Assembly (NCBI GenBank): GCA_038821645.1
Contig: JAWBDT010000002.1
Span: forward strand, 32,001-96,000
Direction of reading: 5' to 3'
Source of the DNA: Ignisphaera sp.
GTDB taxonomy: Archaea > Thermoproteota > Thermoprotei_A > Sulfolobales > Ignisphaeraceae
DNA: 64,000 bases
Position 1 is the stretch's first letter, and each line of letters begins with the position of its first letter. Of the stretch, positions 10,969 through 21,032 are shown one piece after another. The position numbers and the translations under genes are program-made. A model generated the notes under the pieces. That model saw only the letters and a program-made list of their open reading frames with translations. It was not told the DNA's origin and made no database searches.

Positions 10969-12975
10969 TTATACGGAATGTTCTGTAGTATTCTTAGAGT
11001 GTAAGTAATTTCTGTATTCCGATATTATTCTAATGATATCGTCTAGATCCAAGAATTTTTCTCTACGACTAGAATAAAGAGTACTTATAGCATCGAATAA
11101 TGTCTGTTCTAGATTGTCATTATCTACTAGAATGAAATCGTCGAATGTATAATCAACCTTGATATTACATTCTACAGGTATGCCGTTTCTAAGAAGTAGT
11201 TGTTTAACATCTTTTGAACATTTCTCGAATAGTATTAAGACTTTGTATTGTCTAAGTATATCTATAACATCAAGAGATATTGTGTCCTCACTCACGGCCA
11301 GTATCTTTGTTCTAGAAACTAATCCTCTTAAGCTGTGTAGATTAGATGAAGTTAGATTCTTGATCCTTGGAATACCTACATATCTTCCTGAAATAATTTT
11401 ACCTATTATTGAGACCAGATTCATCCTTTCATTAACTAATTTTTCATTTTCGTTTTTTAGTATGGTTATTGTATTGTGTAATTGTTTTATTTGATCTTTT
11501 AACATTACTATTATTCTGTCGCGATGAGTTTCAAGATCTAAGCCAATTGGTGTCTGAAACTTTTTTTCAAATTCTAGCTCTCTTACTTTGTTCTCTAATT
11601 CACGTAACTTAAGTTTTAAACTTTCATTTTCTCTTATGAGTTCAGATAATCTCATCTCGAGGTTCTTTATTCTTTCATCAGATTCTATCGTTTGTCTAGA
11701 ATAACCTTTAGATGAGCTACTAGTTGTTTCTAAGAGCTCCTCTAAATGTTTTTCTATGGCATATTCTATTACCTCATTAATGTTTTTGCCTTTTAGAATC
11801 ATTACTTTAAGTTCGTCTAGATCTACATCTATTTCAAGTTCTAGTAACTTCTTCTCAAGTTCTAGTAACTTCTTCTCATAGGATTTATAGGCCTTTATTG
11901 CGGCTGCAAGAGCATCTTTTTCATGTGAAGTTGATATGTTTAATTCAATATGTTTTTTCTTCTTGAGCCAGTCAATTAATTTATCTTTAATATCTGTTGA
12001 TAGAGATTCTGAAGGTACATATAACTGTACACCAAGTATCGCTGCTATCTTTTTTGCATTTTCTGGTGGAGGATTAGTATCGACAGCAACAAGTACTGGC
12101 AATCCATGATTATATATCTTGTTTATTATTTCGATTCTATCCAAGCTTTTTGACGATTCCAGCAACACTACATTTAGAGAAAGATCTATTAAAGCTAATC
12201 CTGTTTCTATCCCAGGATCGATTCCAATTATTAGAGGTCTTCGCTTTATATCATCATTTGGTATTGTTGTAATACTGGAGTATATAGGTCTTACTATGAT
12301 ACGTATATCTCTACCTTTGTATGGTTTAATAACCTTCCTCACGGTTTCGCTATCAGAATATACTGTAAAAACAGCACTATCAAGACCTCCAGTACCTTTT
12401 CGAATTATTAGGTCATAGTCTAGCTTCTCTCTTTCTAATAATGATTTAATCTCCTTAACAGCAGCTAATATAGCTGTTCTCATGCCTCGAGCAAATCTAT
12501 TAGAACTACTACCACCAGGTCCTATAGATTTTGCTCTAGAAATTATAATCTTTGTCTTACGTTCCACACCTTTTATCGGTGTACCTAAACCTTGAAGAGC
12601 TATTAATGCACATAAATATGCTGTTTGGAGAGGTGTAGGCTTAAATGATATAGGTATGCCTAACTTAGAAGCTTGGTTTAGTAGACTAGTAAAAACATTA
12701 TCATTTAAAGTAACTTGATATATCTCTGTATGACTTGGAAATAATGAAAGAATTCTAGCTATGTCTCGAGACGTGGGTGCAAGCTCATATATGTTGTCAA
12801 GACCTATTCTATCTATCGAATATTCCCAAGATAGCTTAATTATAGCACTTAGTGAAGTTTCAGGTGACTCATATATCACCTTTCCTTTATCATCTATAAT
12901 GACTACAGAATATCTAGGAGGTGATGTACGTGATAATGGACTTCCCTTGACTATGTCTAGTCCAAGTATCTTCAT
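10969..12975 (-). CDS. DUF460 domain protein (RNase H-like fold plus coiled coil)
   Basis: ILGLDI, DNIYEL, GPGGSS..R, IIGIDPG, HEKDALAAA, long coiled coil. Confidence 0.88.
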   Translation of the reverse strand: MKILGLDIVKGSPLSRTSPPRYSVVIIDDKGKVIYESPETSLSAIIKLSWEYSIDRIGLDNIYELAPTSRDIARILSLFPSHTEIYQVTLNDNVFTSLLNQASKLGIPISFKPTPLQTAYLCALIALQGLGTPIKGVERKTKIIISRAKSIGPGGSSSNRFARGMRTAILAAVKEIKSLLEREKLDYDLIIRKGTGGLDSAVFTVYSDSETVRKVIKPYKGRDIRIIVRPIYSSITTIPNDDIKRRPLIIGIDPGIETGLALIDLSLNVVLLESSKSLDRIEIINKIYNHGLPVLVAVDTNPPPENAKKIAAILGVQLYVPSESLSTDIKDKLIDWLKKKKHIELNISTSHEKDALAAAIKAYKSYEKKLLELEKKLLELEIDVDLDELKVMILKGKNINEVIEYAIEKHLEELLETTSSSSKGYSRQTIESDERIKNLEMRLSELIRENESLKLKLRELENKVRELEFEKKFQTPIGLDLETHRDRIIVMLKDQIKQLHNTITILKNENEKLVNERMNLVSIIGKIISGRYVGIPRIKNLTSSNLHSLRGLVSRTKILAVSEDTISLDVIDILRQYKVLILFEKCSKDVKQLLLRNGIPVECNIKVDYTFDDFILVDNDNLEQTLFDAISTLYSSRREKFLDLDDIIRIISEYRNYLHSKNTTEHSV
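11834..11878. repeat. perfect 21-bp tandem duplication inside the DUF460 gene
   Basis: TCAAGTTCTAGTAACTTCTTC x2 plus TCA; encodes EKKLLEL twice on the minus strand. Confidence 0.9.
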
Positions 12976-13042
12976 ATATCTTATTCCTATGGGAAGCTAT
13001 AACCCATCAATAATCCACATAAATATGTAGTATATGTAACTT

Positions 13043-13945
13043 TCAAGACTTGTTATCTTCTAACACATATTTAAATGTTTCTTCTAAACTTACATCTAAA
13101 TGGAAACGCCTTCTAAAGAATCCAACTATATGTTTAATATCACGTTCTAGTAACTGTAAAGCCATAGGGTCTGTAACTAGGATGTACTGAGGCCAATCAA
13201 TTATATATATTTTCTCTACATCATCACTAGAATTAACTAGAATATTGTATTCGCTTAAATCGCCATGAACTATACCCACAGTCTTATAGATAGTTTTCAC
13301 AGTACTGATTATCTGATTGAATACGCTATATGGATCACTAAGCTCTTTGACTTCATAAAGCATTAGACCATCTATGAATTCTATGACAACAGTATGCAAT
13401 ATACCTCCATATATCTTTGGAACATTCTGCACCAAATGTTTATTAAGAAGGAATAGAGCCTCTCTTTCTCTTTTTCCAGCTACAATACTCTTATAGAGCC
13501 AGCTACCTTGCTCGATATTCTCATAGTATCCTCTGTACTTTGCAACATGTCTAAAACTTTGTCTTCCAATTCTATAAAACTTAATAGCAATAAGATTATC
13601 ATTGTTACCAAGTCCTCTATATATTTCACTTTCTTTACCTACACCTATTCTATCTCCTATAGCTTTGATTACACCTTTATAAACAAGGAGATTAAGAGCT
13701 AAACAATCAAGTCCTAGAAACGTTACTCTATACGATTCAATTGTTGGATGTTTAGCTATCAATTTCAGTCGTGTTAATTTTTTAATCCTAGCTACTATCT
13801 CTTTTTGAGTATATCTTTTTCTAAATTTTTTAACAATGATGTCTAGAGGTATGTATTCAAATTTGTTTAAGTTTCTGACCAAAAACTTTAATAAAATGAA
13901 GTCCTCTGGAACAAGTTTTCGGTAAATAATCCCTATTTTTACCAA
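13043..13945 (-). CDS. rio2: RIO2-type serine/threonine kinase
   Basis: N-terminal wHTH, IGVGKESEIY, HGDLSEYNI, IIDWPQ. Confidence 0.92.
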   Translation of the reverse strand: MVKIGIIYRKLVPEDFILLKFLVRNLNKFEYIPLDIIVKKFRKRYTQKEIVARIKKLTRLKLIAKHPTIESYRVTFLGLDCLALNLLVYKGVIKAIGDRIGVGKESEIYRGLGNNDNLIAIKFYRIGRQSFRHVAKYRGYYENIEQGSWLYKSIVAGKREREALFLLNKHLVQNVPKIYGGILHTVVIEFIDGLMLYEVKELSDPYSVFNQIISTVKTIYKTVGIVHGDLSEYNILVNSSDDVEKIYIIDWPQYILVTDPMALQLLERDIKHIVGFFRRRFHLDVSLEETFKYVLEDNKS

Positions 13946-14067
13946 TAGCTCACCCTACATTCATATAATTTAGTAGTGATATTGTCTATCTTCCTTTGAT
14001 GCATTACATTACCTTGTGAGACTGATTAGAATAATATATAGGATGTTATAAATACTGTTTAGATGTG

Positions 14068-14125
14068 TCAGCGGCGGCCGCGATTTTCTTCATTTATTGT
14101 TTATCAAGAGCGCGGGAGTCTTCAT
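14068..14125 (-). ncRNA. box C/D guide sRNA (candidate)
   Basis: Minus strand: ATGAAGA-ctcccgcgctc-TTGA-taaacaataa-ATGAAGA-aaatcgcggccgccg-CTGA. GC-rich guides in an AT-rich intergenic region. Confidence 0.7.
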
Positions 14126-14315
14126 CCATATAGATAATATACATCAAGATCGGTTTATATGTTTTAGTCAGTTACAACACTAAATAATATACGATTATTT
14201 TAGCTGAGGAGTGTTTCAAAAGTATTGGTAGTTTGTTGCATATGGTTCACTACATGGAAATTTATTGAATTTACTAAAGAGATAAGAGTTTTATGTACTA
14301 ATTATACATCATTTT

Positions 14316-15578
14316 CTATTGCATAGATTTTTGTAATTGATTAAGGATCTGCTTGGCATAATCGTACGAGATTCTACCTTCTCTAATCATCATTTCCGCA
14401 ACCACATCTATCAATTCACCCTTTGCACCAGCCATTATAGCAATGTTTCTAGCATGAAGTTTCATGTGTCCTGCTTGTATGCCAGTAGTAACAAGAGCTT
14501 TGAGTGCAGCAAAGTTCTGTGCTAACCCTACAGCAGCCATGACCTCGGCTAACTCTCTTGCTGTTGTAACCTTAAGTATCTTGAGGGCTATTTGTGCTAT
14601 AGGATGTGTTTTAACTGCACCTCCTATTGTACCTACTTGAAGAGGTAGTTCTAATGTTCCAACCAAGTACTCGCCTTCTAGATCCCAGTAACTGAGGGGT
14701 CTATATCTACCATTTCTTGCAGCATATGCATGAGCTCCAGCTTCTATTGCTCTATGATCCTGAGCTGTAGCTAAGGCTACAGCTATTATACCATTCATTA
14801 TTCCTTTGTTGTGTGTTACAGCACGATATACATCAACTTCAGCTATAGCGGAAGCATCAACTATCTTTTCAGCTATCTCTAGCCCTATATTTTGTATGGG
14901 TATCCGAACCCATGCACGCGCTAATCTATATATAGCATAGTTAGACACTATCTTCAGCCTAGCTTCACCACCAGTTATCCGTTCCAGAAATGATGCAACA
15001 GCTTCAGCCATGGTGTTAACAGTATTAGCGCCCATTGCATCCAAAACATCAACAATAAGATGAACGACTATAACAGGTCCCCGCCTCGTCTCAATTACAC
15101 GAACATCGATATCCTTAACACCACCACCAAGCTTTATTAGTGTATTATTGGTAGCATTAGCTACATCGATTAACGTATCTTTATACTTCAAGATCTCCAT
15201 AGCACTATATCGCGGCATTAATGATTTAACTATATGGATTTGTGCTATCATGTATTGTTTATCAGCATTAGCACATATGCCGTCACCTTCCCTCATGAAT
15301 CTAGCAGCATTACTTGCGGCAGCTACTACACTAGGTTCCTCGGTCACCATAGGCACTATGTAGTCTTTTCCATTTATTCTAAAGTTTACTGCTACAGCAA
15401 AGGGATACGAAATTGCTCCTACAACATTTTCTATCATAGAATTAGCTATTTTTGGATCCAAGTTTCCAAAGTTTCGTAATAATGCTACTTCTTCATCGCT
15501 AAGTCCTGCCCATTCTTTAATTATCTTCAATCTTTCATCGATTGATAAATTATAAAATCCTGGGATTCTTGAACTCAT
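14316..15578 (-). CDS. hydroxymethylglutaryl-CoA reductase, class II type
   Basis: SRIPGFY N-terminus, IENVVG, TEEPSVVAAAS, DAMGANTVN, THNKGIMNG, GIQAGHMKLHARN. ATG 15578 preferred over TTG 15593. Confidence 0.93.
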   Translation of the reverse strand: MSSRIPGFYNLSIDERLKIIKEWAGLSDEEVALLRNFGNLDPKIANSMIENVVGAISYPFAVAVNFRINGKDYIVPMVTEEPSVVAAASNAARFMREGDGICANADKQYMIAQIHIVKSLMPRYSAMEILKYKDTLIDVANATNNTLIKLGGGVKDIDVRVIETRRGPVIVVHLIVDVLDAMGANTVNTMAEAVASFLERITGGEARLKIVSNYAIYRLARAWVRIPIQNIGLEIAEKIVDASAIAEVDVYRAVTHNKGIMNGIIAVALATAQDHRAIEAGAHAYAARNGRYRPLSYWDLEGEYLVGTLELPLQVGTIGGAVKTHPIAQIALKILKVTTARELAEVMAAVGLAQNFAALKALVTTGIQAGHMKLHARNIAIMAGAKGELIDVVAEMMIREGRISYDYAKQILNQLQKSMQ

Positions 15579-15642
15579 CACATTTGAACTCAAATTATCA
15601 CCGCTTGTTTAAACAATGATCATGCTTACCTAGTTTAACTAG

Positions 15643-16299
15643 TTAGTGGAGTATATTAAGTTCTAATAATGCACTATATAATGCTTTTTCTGCTTCAATA
15701 TCCGAATTAGAGAATATTAAAATTATTGCATCCTCATTTTCAGCTTTGAGAATAGATCTTAATTTCTTTAGTGATATATATCCTTTTTCATTGAATTCTC
15801 TATATGGTGGGATATATGCTAGACCATTCTCTATGTATATTATTATGACAGCTTTAGCGCCGTATCTGATGATATGGTCTCTCACATTGGTAACATTAAA
15901 TTGCCTAAGTATTGCAGTACCTTTTTTTATTAAAAATGCATATGATTTTTCATATAGTAAAAATTCTTTGTCTAGTATATTACTTGCTTCAATGATATTA
16001 CTAATAGTATTTCGAATACTTTCTGCGATTCTGTATCCATATGATGTTAGGAAACATCCAGCTACAGGATCTACTTCAATTATATTCAATAATTTCAATC
16101 GTTTTATTAAGGTTCTAACAGGAGTTATTCCTATACCTAAGTTTTTAGATAATAACTGACGTCCCATGGGACCCCTTTCGTATAGAATTAAGAGTGTTTT
16201 TATAACATGATAATCATCAAAAGAGGGTTTCACTCCTTTTGTAGATGATAATGTTCTAGCTACTATGTCCTTTAGGGACAGAGCCAAGGGTTTCCCCAT
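15643..16299 (-). CDS. winged-helix protein (DUF4443/CggR-N-like), putative regulator
   Basis: PSFDDYH, GPMGRQLLSKNLGIG...RTLIKRLK...GCFLT, RDHIIRYGA. Confidence 0.75.
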   Translation of the reverse strand: MGKPLALSLKDIVARTLSSTKGVKPSFDDYHVIKTLLILYERGPMGRQLLSKNLGIGITPVRTLIKRLKLLNIIEVDPVAGCFLTSYGYRIAESIRNTISNIIEASNILDKEFLLYEKSYAFLIKKGTAILRQFNVTNVRDHIIRYGAKAVIIIYIENGLAYIPPYREFNEKGYISLKKLRSILKAENEDAIILIFSNSDIEAEKALYSALLELNILH

Positions 16300-16440
16300 G
16301 CTCTATAGTGTCAATTCTCTTCTCACATATTTTACATAAGTTAGAGACACTAATATATTTTCCTCTGAAATTGAAATTAAATAGAGCTAACATAAAAATG
16401 TTCTAGATCTATATATAGGATAATCATTAAAATTACATTA

Positions 16441-16920
16441 TCAGTTCTTCGGTATAGAGTACGTGTAACGTAATGTGATTTTACGAAGTATCTCTATAGT
16501 ATTCTCGATAAATCTGTTAACACTCTCTTCACTTATTCCTTTTGATTTAAGGACGTCTAAAACAATTTTCTCTACAACATAATAATTTTTATAATATTCA
16601 TTTAGCTTTTTCCACTGAATACCTGACAAAGCATTAGCTAAGTTCTTATCATAGGGTATAAGACCCTTAATCATTAACAATGCTAGTATGGGGTAGCCAA
16701 TATATCTTCGTAGTTTAGTACCATTGTCATCACTATATGCTATACCTTTATCAATATCTACATAAACATTATACTTTTTGGATTCATCTGATGATATAAC
16801 TATAGCTTTTTTATCATTTATTAAATTAATTCTGTTATCACCAATACAACCTAATGCTTCTAAGATTTTGATACGTGGTGGTAATTTCAATGTAGAACTC
16901 AAGTCACTCCCTATAAACAC
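16441..16920 (-). CDS. conserved hypothetical protein
   Basis: PPRIKILEALG...D.R, SSD..K.Y.V, S.DNG...Y.GYP pattern of an uncharacterised conserved family. Confidence 0.75.
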   Translation of the reverse strand: MFIGSDLSSTLKLPPRIKILEALGCIGDNRINLINDKKAIVISSDESKKYNVYVDIDKGIAYSDDNGTKLRRYIGYPILALLMIKGLIPYDKNLANALSGIQWKKLNEYYKNYYVVEKIVLDVLKSKGISEESVNRFIENTIEILRKITLRYTYSIPKN

Positions 16921-17044
16921 TTTGCTTTCTGAACTTAATAACTGTTGCAGTAATTAAGAAATAATGTAACAGAACCATTATTGATATAGCTAAACAGTCT
17001 GTGATAAGCTTATTAACAAAACGAGCTTTAAACTTACCAGCCTC

Positions 17045-17138
<94 letters not shown>

Positions 17139-17332
17139 CATGATTCAACTCTTACTCAATTTAGTATCACCTTGAACCAATGTTATCAATTCTAGAAATC
17201 AATTGTATTGAATTATATGTACAACATCATTACTAGAAACATGTTGTAGACAGAAATGGCATGAGTATAATATATGCTATATATGTATTATGAAATACCT
17301 AGACAACTATTAAGGTTGAAGAGTCTAATGTG

Positions 17333-17410
17333 TGGCGGGCCCGGGGGGATTCGAACCCCCGACCACCGGCTTAGGAGGCCGGCGCTCTGTCCTGGCTGAG
17401 CTACGGGCCC
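17333..17410 (-). tRNA. tRNA-Arg(CCT); CCA encoded
   Basis: Reverse complement GGGCCCGTAGCTCAGCCAGGACAGAGCG-CCGGC-CTCCTAA-GCCGG-TGGTC-GGGGG-TTCGAAT-CCCCC-CGGGCCCG-CCA. Confidence 0.96.
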
Positions 17411-17466
17411 TTGTACCCAAATAATGGTTTGAGTACATGGTTATAAATCTTTGTGGTGGATTTATT

Positions 17467-18312
17467 TTATGATATCCTTAGGTATGTATTTTTCATTAGT
17501 AGTGCATCATCTTCTAGGTTTGGTGATTCACTTATGACTATACCTTTAACATTGAATTCTTTCAGTATTTTCATGAGATCTATGTAATTAAAGTCAGACT
17601 CATTTAAGTTTAGGTGTCGTATTTCACCTTTGTTCCCATATTCAATTCCACTTACATGTATATGCATATTATTTAGCGCTGTTCTTCCTAATCTATTTTC
17701 TATTGTTACTAATACTTCTCTAAATTCTTCATAGGTATTGTACTTTCCCATCGTTCTAGCATGAAGATGTGCAAAATCTATGCATGGTAGCACATAGTAG
17801 TCAAGTTCTTCACTCAACATTATGATTTCCTCTAGAGATCCAAATTCGCTTTTGCTACCCATTAGTTCAGGTCTTAGCCATATCTTGATGTCTGAATCTC
17901 TAAGTATATCTATAGCAACTTTTAGTGCATTTCTAATGTTACTATATACTGCTTCAGGAGATGAATTACTGTAGTAACCTGAATGAAATACAACGCTCCA
18001 GGCTCCAGCCTTGTATCCTATTTTAGCACTCTCTACTATTCTTTGAATACTTGCCTGAACTTTTGATGAATCTGAAGAATTTAGATTTATGTAATAGGGT
18101 GCATGAACCGTAAGAAGTACTCCAGATTCTTCAGCAACATTTTTCACTTCTTCAGCAAGTTCTAGAGACATCTTGATGCCACGTACAAATTCTATCTCCA
18201 TACCATCAAGTTCTAACTCAATTATCCTCTTAATACCATTAATTGTGTTTTTTCTAGGCGTGGAGTTTGGTATACCTGCTGTCCCAAAATGTAATTTACT
18301 AGGTTCAAACAT
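17467..18312 (-). CDS. endonuclease IV (AP endonuclease 2) family TIM-barrel protein
   Basis: FGTAGIP, EIEFVRG, HAPYYINLNS, VFHSGY, PELMG, DFAHLHAR, HIHVSGI, ISESP..E.DA. Confidence 0.9.
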   Translation of the reverse strand: MFEPSKLHFGTAGIPNSTPRKNTINGIKRIIELELDGMEIEFVRGIKMSLELAEEVKNVAEESGVLLTVHAPYYINLNSSDSSKVQASIQRIVESAKIGYKAGAWSVVFHSGYYSNSSPEAVYSNIRNALKVAIDILRDSDIKIWLRPELMGSKSEFGSLEEIIMLSEELDYYVLPCIDFAHLHARTMGKYNTYEEFREVLVTIENRLGRTALNNMHIHVSGIEYGNKGEIRHLNLNESDFNYIDLMKILKEFNVKGIVISESPNLEDDALLMKNTYLRIS

Positions 18313-18368
18313 AATGCATCACTATAGTTTTATAATTTTGAGAGGTGATAAATATGATGTGACTTCAA

Positions 18369-18956
18369 ATGAATGTAGATGAAGATGGAGTCTACATGTA
18401 TAATAAAAGCGTCTTAACATGGATTAAACTAAAGCTAGGAGAGCCGTATGTACCACGTGAAGATGGTCTGTATGTAGTGTACTTTAGAAACAGAAAATGT
18501 CCAGGTTGTAAGGCTTTTGATAGAATATGGATCGAGTATATTAAGAAACATAGAGAAGATAATAACATTAAAGGATTCGTAATAGTTCAGTGTACACATT
18601 TCTTCTATGAATGTTTTGATAATGATGCTGCTGATACATTCATACTATACCTGGTTTTAGAAACACCACAAGTTATGGTCATAGTATCTGAAAACAATAC
18701 CCCTGTATATATTGAGAGAGAAATTGGTGTAGATACTTTAGATAAGCTCGAGATATTTGTTAACGGTACTTTTGATAGAATGAAGAGATGCTTAGAAGAA
18801 AATCATGAAGAGGAAACAGATAACGGATCTCTATATATAGATTTTGATTTCAATAAATCAAAAGAAATTGTTTCGAAATTGAGAAAGTTTTTACTTGAGG
18901 GTAAAAATATTAGAGAGGTATGTGATGAAAAAGGCTGTAGAATTTTCATCGAATAG
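18369..18956 (+). CDS. thioredoxin-fold protein with extra Cys pairs
   Basis: VYFRNRKCPGCKAF active site, cis-Pro ETPQ, C-terminal CDEKGC. Confidence 0.8.
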   Translation: MNVDEDGVYMYNKSVLTWIKLKLGEPYVPREDGLYVVYFRNRKCPGCKAFDRIWIEYIKKHREDNNIKGFVIVQCTHFFYECFDNDAADTFILYLVLETPQVMVIVSENNTPVYIEREIGVDTLDKLEIFVNGTFDRMKRCLEENHEEETDNGSLYIDFDFNKSKEIVSKLRKFLLEGKNIREVCDEKGCRIFIE

Positions 18957-19017
18957 TTGTGTTTAATGATAACTTTAATATTTCTTCTATTTCTAGAAAT
19001 AATGTAGGTATAAACAT

Positions 19018-20295
19018 ATGATACCAATAGTTGTTGTACCTTTTGCGTCAGAAATACATGGAAAGGAGTACTATGTAGGCCTTTATGATATAATTAAGAA
19101 TCATATAGCTACATACGGTGTAGAGATTCATAAAGAGGTAATTACGGATCCAGAAGAGGCTATACGTGTAGGTAAGAAGTACTCAGGATTTCTACCTATA
19201 GCAATAATTTTAACCGGAGGTACGAGCAGTCTTATAGAGAACTTTAGTGATAGTGGTAACTTTGAAAGAATTATAATGTTTTCACATTCTCAACATAATA
19301 GTTTAGCTTCAGCAGTTTCAGCTAGGAGTAAAATGGAAAGAAAAGGTATTATGAGTCTTGTTTATCACTGTTCTAACATAAATAGTATTGAATGTATGTT
19401 GATCATTAGAGATATGATGAATGTAGTTAGATCCGTGACTACAGTAATAGGCTCTAGAATAGGTCTCGTAGTTGATAGAGATACTAAAAATGAGATTGAG
19501 GAAACTTTTGAATCAAGGTTTAATTCATCAATTCATATAAAATCTTTTGAGCAAGTTTTAGAGGAAATGAATCGTTGTAGTGAAAGCGACATTAATGAGG
19601 TAAAGAAAAGTATTATGAAGGTCATAGAGGTAGAGGGACCAAGCGAGTATATGGATGAAATAGCAAGGCTTTATCTAGTCTTAAAGAACTTTGTAGTTAA
19701 TGATAAACTTGATGCTATAGCTATTGATTGTTTTCCATTTATATTAAAGAAGGGTGTAACGCCTTGTATACCTTTATCGTTACTCAATTCTGAGGGTATT
19801 ATAGCTGGATGTGAAGCAGATCTTCCAGCTTTATTAGGTCTCATGTTGGCGCGATTATTGACTGGAAGAAGTGGATGGATAGCTAATGTAGTTGATGTTT
19901 CATCTAATAGATGTGTTTTAGCTCACTGTACCATAGCATTAGATATTGCTAAAAATGTTAGAGGTGTAACTCACTACGAATCTGGGAAACCCTATGGAGT
20001 AACTGGAGAGTATATTGGTGAGACTGTAACTATTCTTTCAATAGATAGAGACTTTACTGTAGCGTCAATTGCTACAGCCAATGTTGTAGCATCTGGTGCT
20101 TTAAGTTACTCAGCATGTAGAACACAAATGATTTTAGAATTTGGTCACAGTACTGAATATCTACCTAATATTGTTCCCAATAATCACCATATCGTTATGC
20201 AGGGAAATCTGAGTAAAAAGCTTACAGAAGCACTTTATTTGATGGGATTTGATGTAATTGAATATAGAGAATATGCAGGGTATTCATATGCCTAG
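19018..20295 (+). CDS. L-fucose/L-arabinose isomerase-like protein
   Basis: [42 protein letters not shown]. Confidence 0.8.
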   Translation: MIPIVVVPFASEIHGKEYYVGLYDIIKNHIATYGVEIHKEVITDPEEAIRVGKKYSGFLPIAIILTGGTSSLIENFSDSGNFERIIMFSHSQHNSLASAVSARSKMERKGIMSLVYHCSNINSIECMLIIRDMMNVVRSVTTVIGSRIGLVVDRDTKNEIEETFESRFNSSIHIKSFEQVLEEMNRCSESDINEVKKSIMKVIEVEGPSEYMDEIARLYLVLKNFVVNDKLDAIAIDCFPFILKKGVTPCIPLSLLNSEGIIAGCEADLPALLGLMLARLLTGRSGWIANVVDVSSNRCVLAHCTIALDIAKNVRGVTHYESGKPYGVTGEYIGETVTILSIDRDFTVASIATANVVASGALSYSACRTQMILEFGHSTEYLPNIVPNNHHIVMQGNLSKKLTEALYLMGFDVIEYREYAGYSYA

Positions 20296-20827
20296 GCCTA
20301 GGAAGTTCTACTATCTACTTCATCCAAGACCTGTAATCCTGTTGGTCTCTTTATGCCCCAATGATCGCGTAAATATTATGCCTGTTTCATGGATTACACC
20401 GATCTCCGAGGAACCTCCAACAGTAGGAGCTGCAATAAGTAAAGAAACATATACATATCACTGCTTAGAATATCACAAAGAAGTTACAATAAATATTCCA
20501 TCTATAGATCAAGTTGATAAGGTCTATAGCTTAGGAACTATTTCGGGAGCTAATGTAGACAAAGTTAAGTACTTTAAAATAGAGCTAGAGAAAGCTAAAA
20601 AAGTCTCGGTACCCATACTCAAGGATGCCGTAGGCTGGATCGAGGCTAAGGTTATTAATGTGGTTGATGTAGGTGAATCACGTTTCCATGTATTTGAGGT
20701 GCTTGAATATTATGTAAAAGAAGATGTGGCAGATGTTTGGGGATGGAATTTTGCAAAAATCAATATACCTCTACACGGCTCTGGTATGTTCTTCTATTAC
20801 GTTGGTAGATACATTAAAGCTAAATAA
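20288..20827 (+). CDS. flavin reductase-like protein (DIM6/NTAB family)
   Basis: [33 protein letters not shown]. Start overlaps the upstream stop (20273 or 20288). Confidence 0.88.
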   Translation: MPRPRKFYYLLHPRPVILLVSLCPNDRVNIMPVSWITPISEEPPTVGAAISKETYTYHCLEYHKEVTINIPSIDQVDKVYSLGTISGANVDKVKYFKIELEKAKKVSVPILKDAVGWIEAKVINVVDVGESRFHVFEVLEYYVKEDVADVWGWNFAKINIPLHGSGMFFYYVGRYIKAK

Positions 20828-21032
20828 TTTCAAGACATCTAAATACTAAGCCTAGAGTAATGTGATAAAGTTGGCACAACACTCAGCGAATTAGATTTGC
20901 TTACAACTATTGTAATCTTAGGTAGTGGAAATGTTAAATGGTATCTTAATTAATAAACCGAATAAAGTATTCTGTAGTCAAGCGTAATATCTCAAAATTA
21001 ACGAGAATTTCAGTAGATTGTTGTGATGTAAC

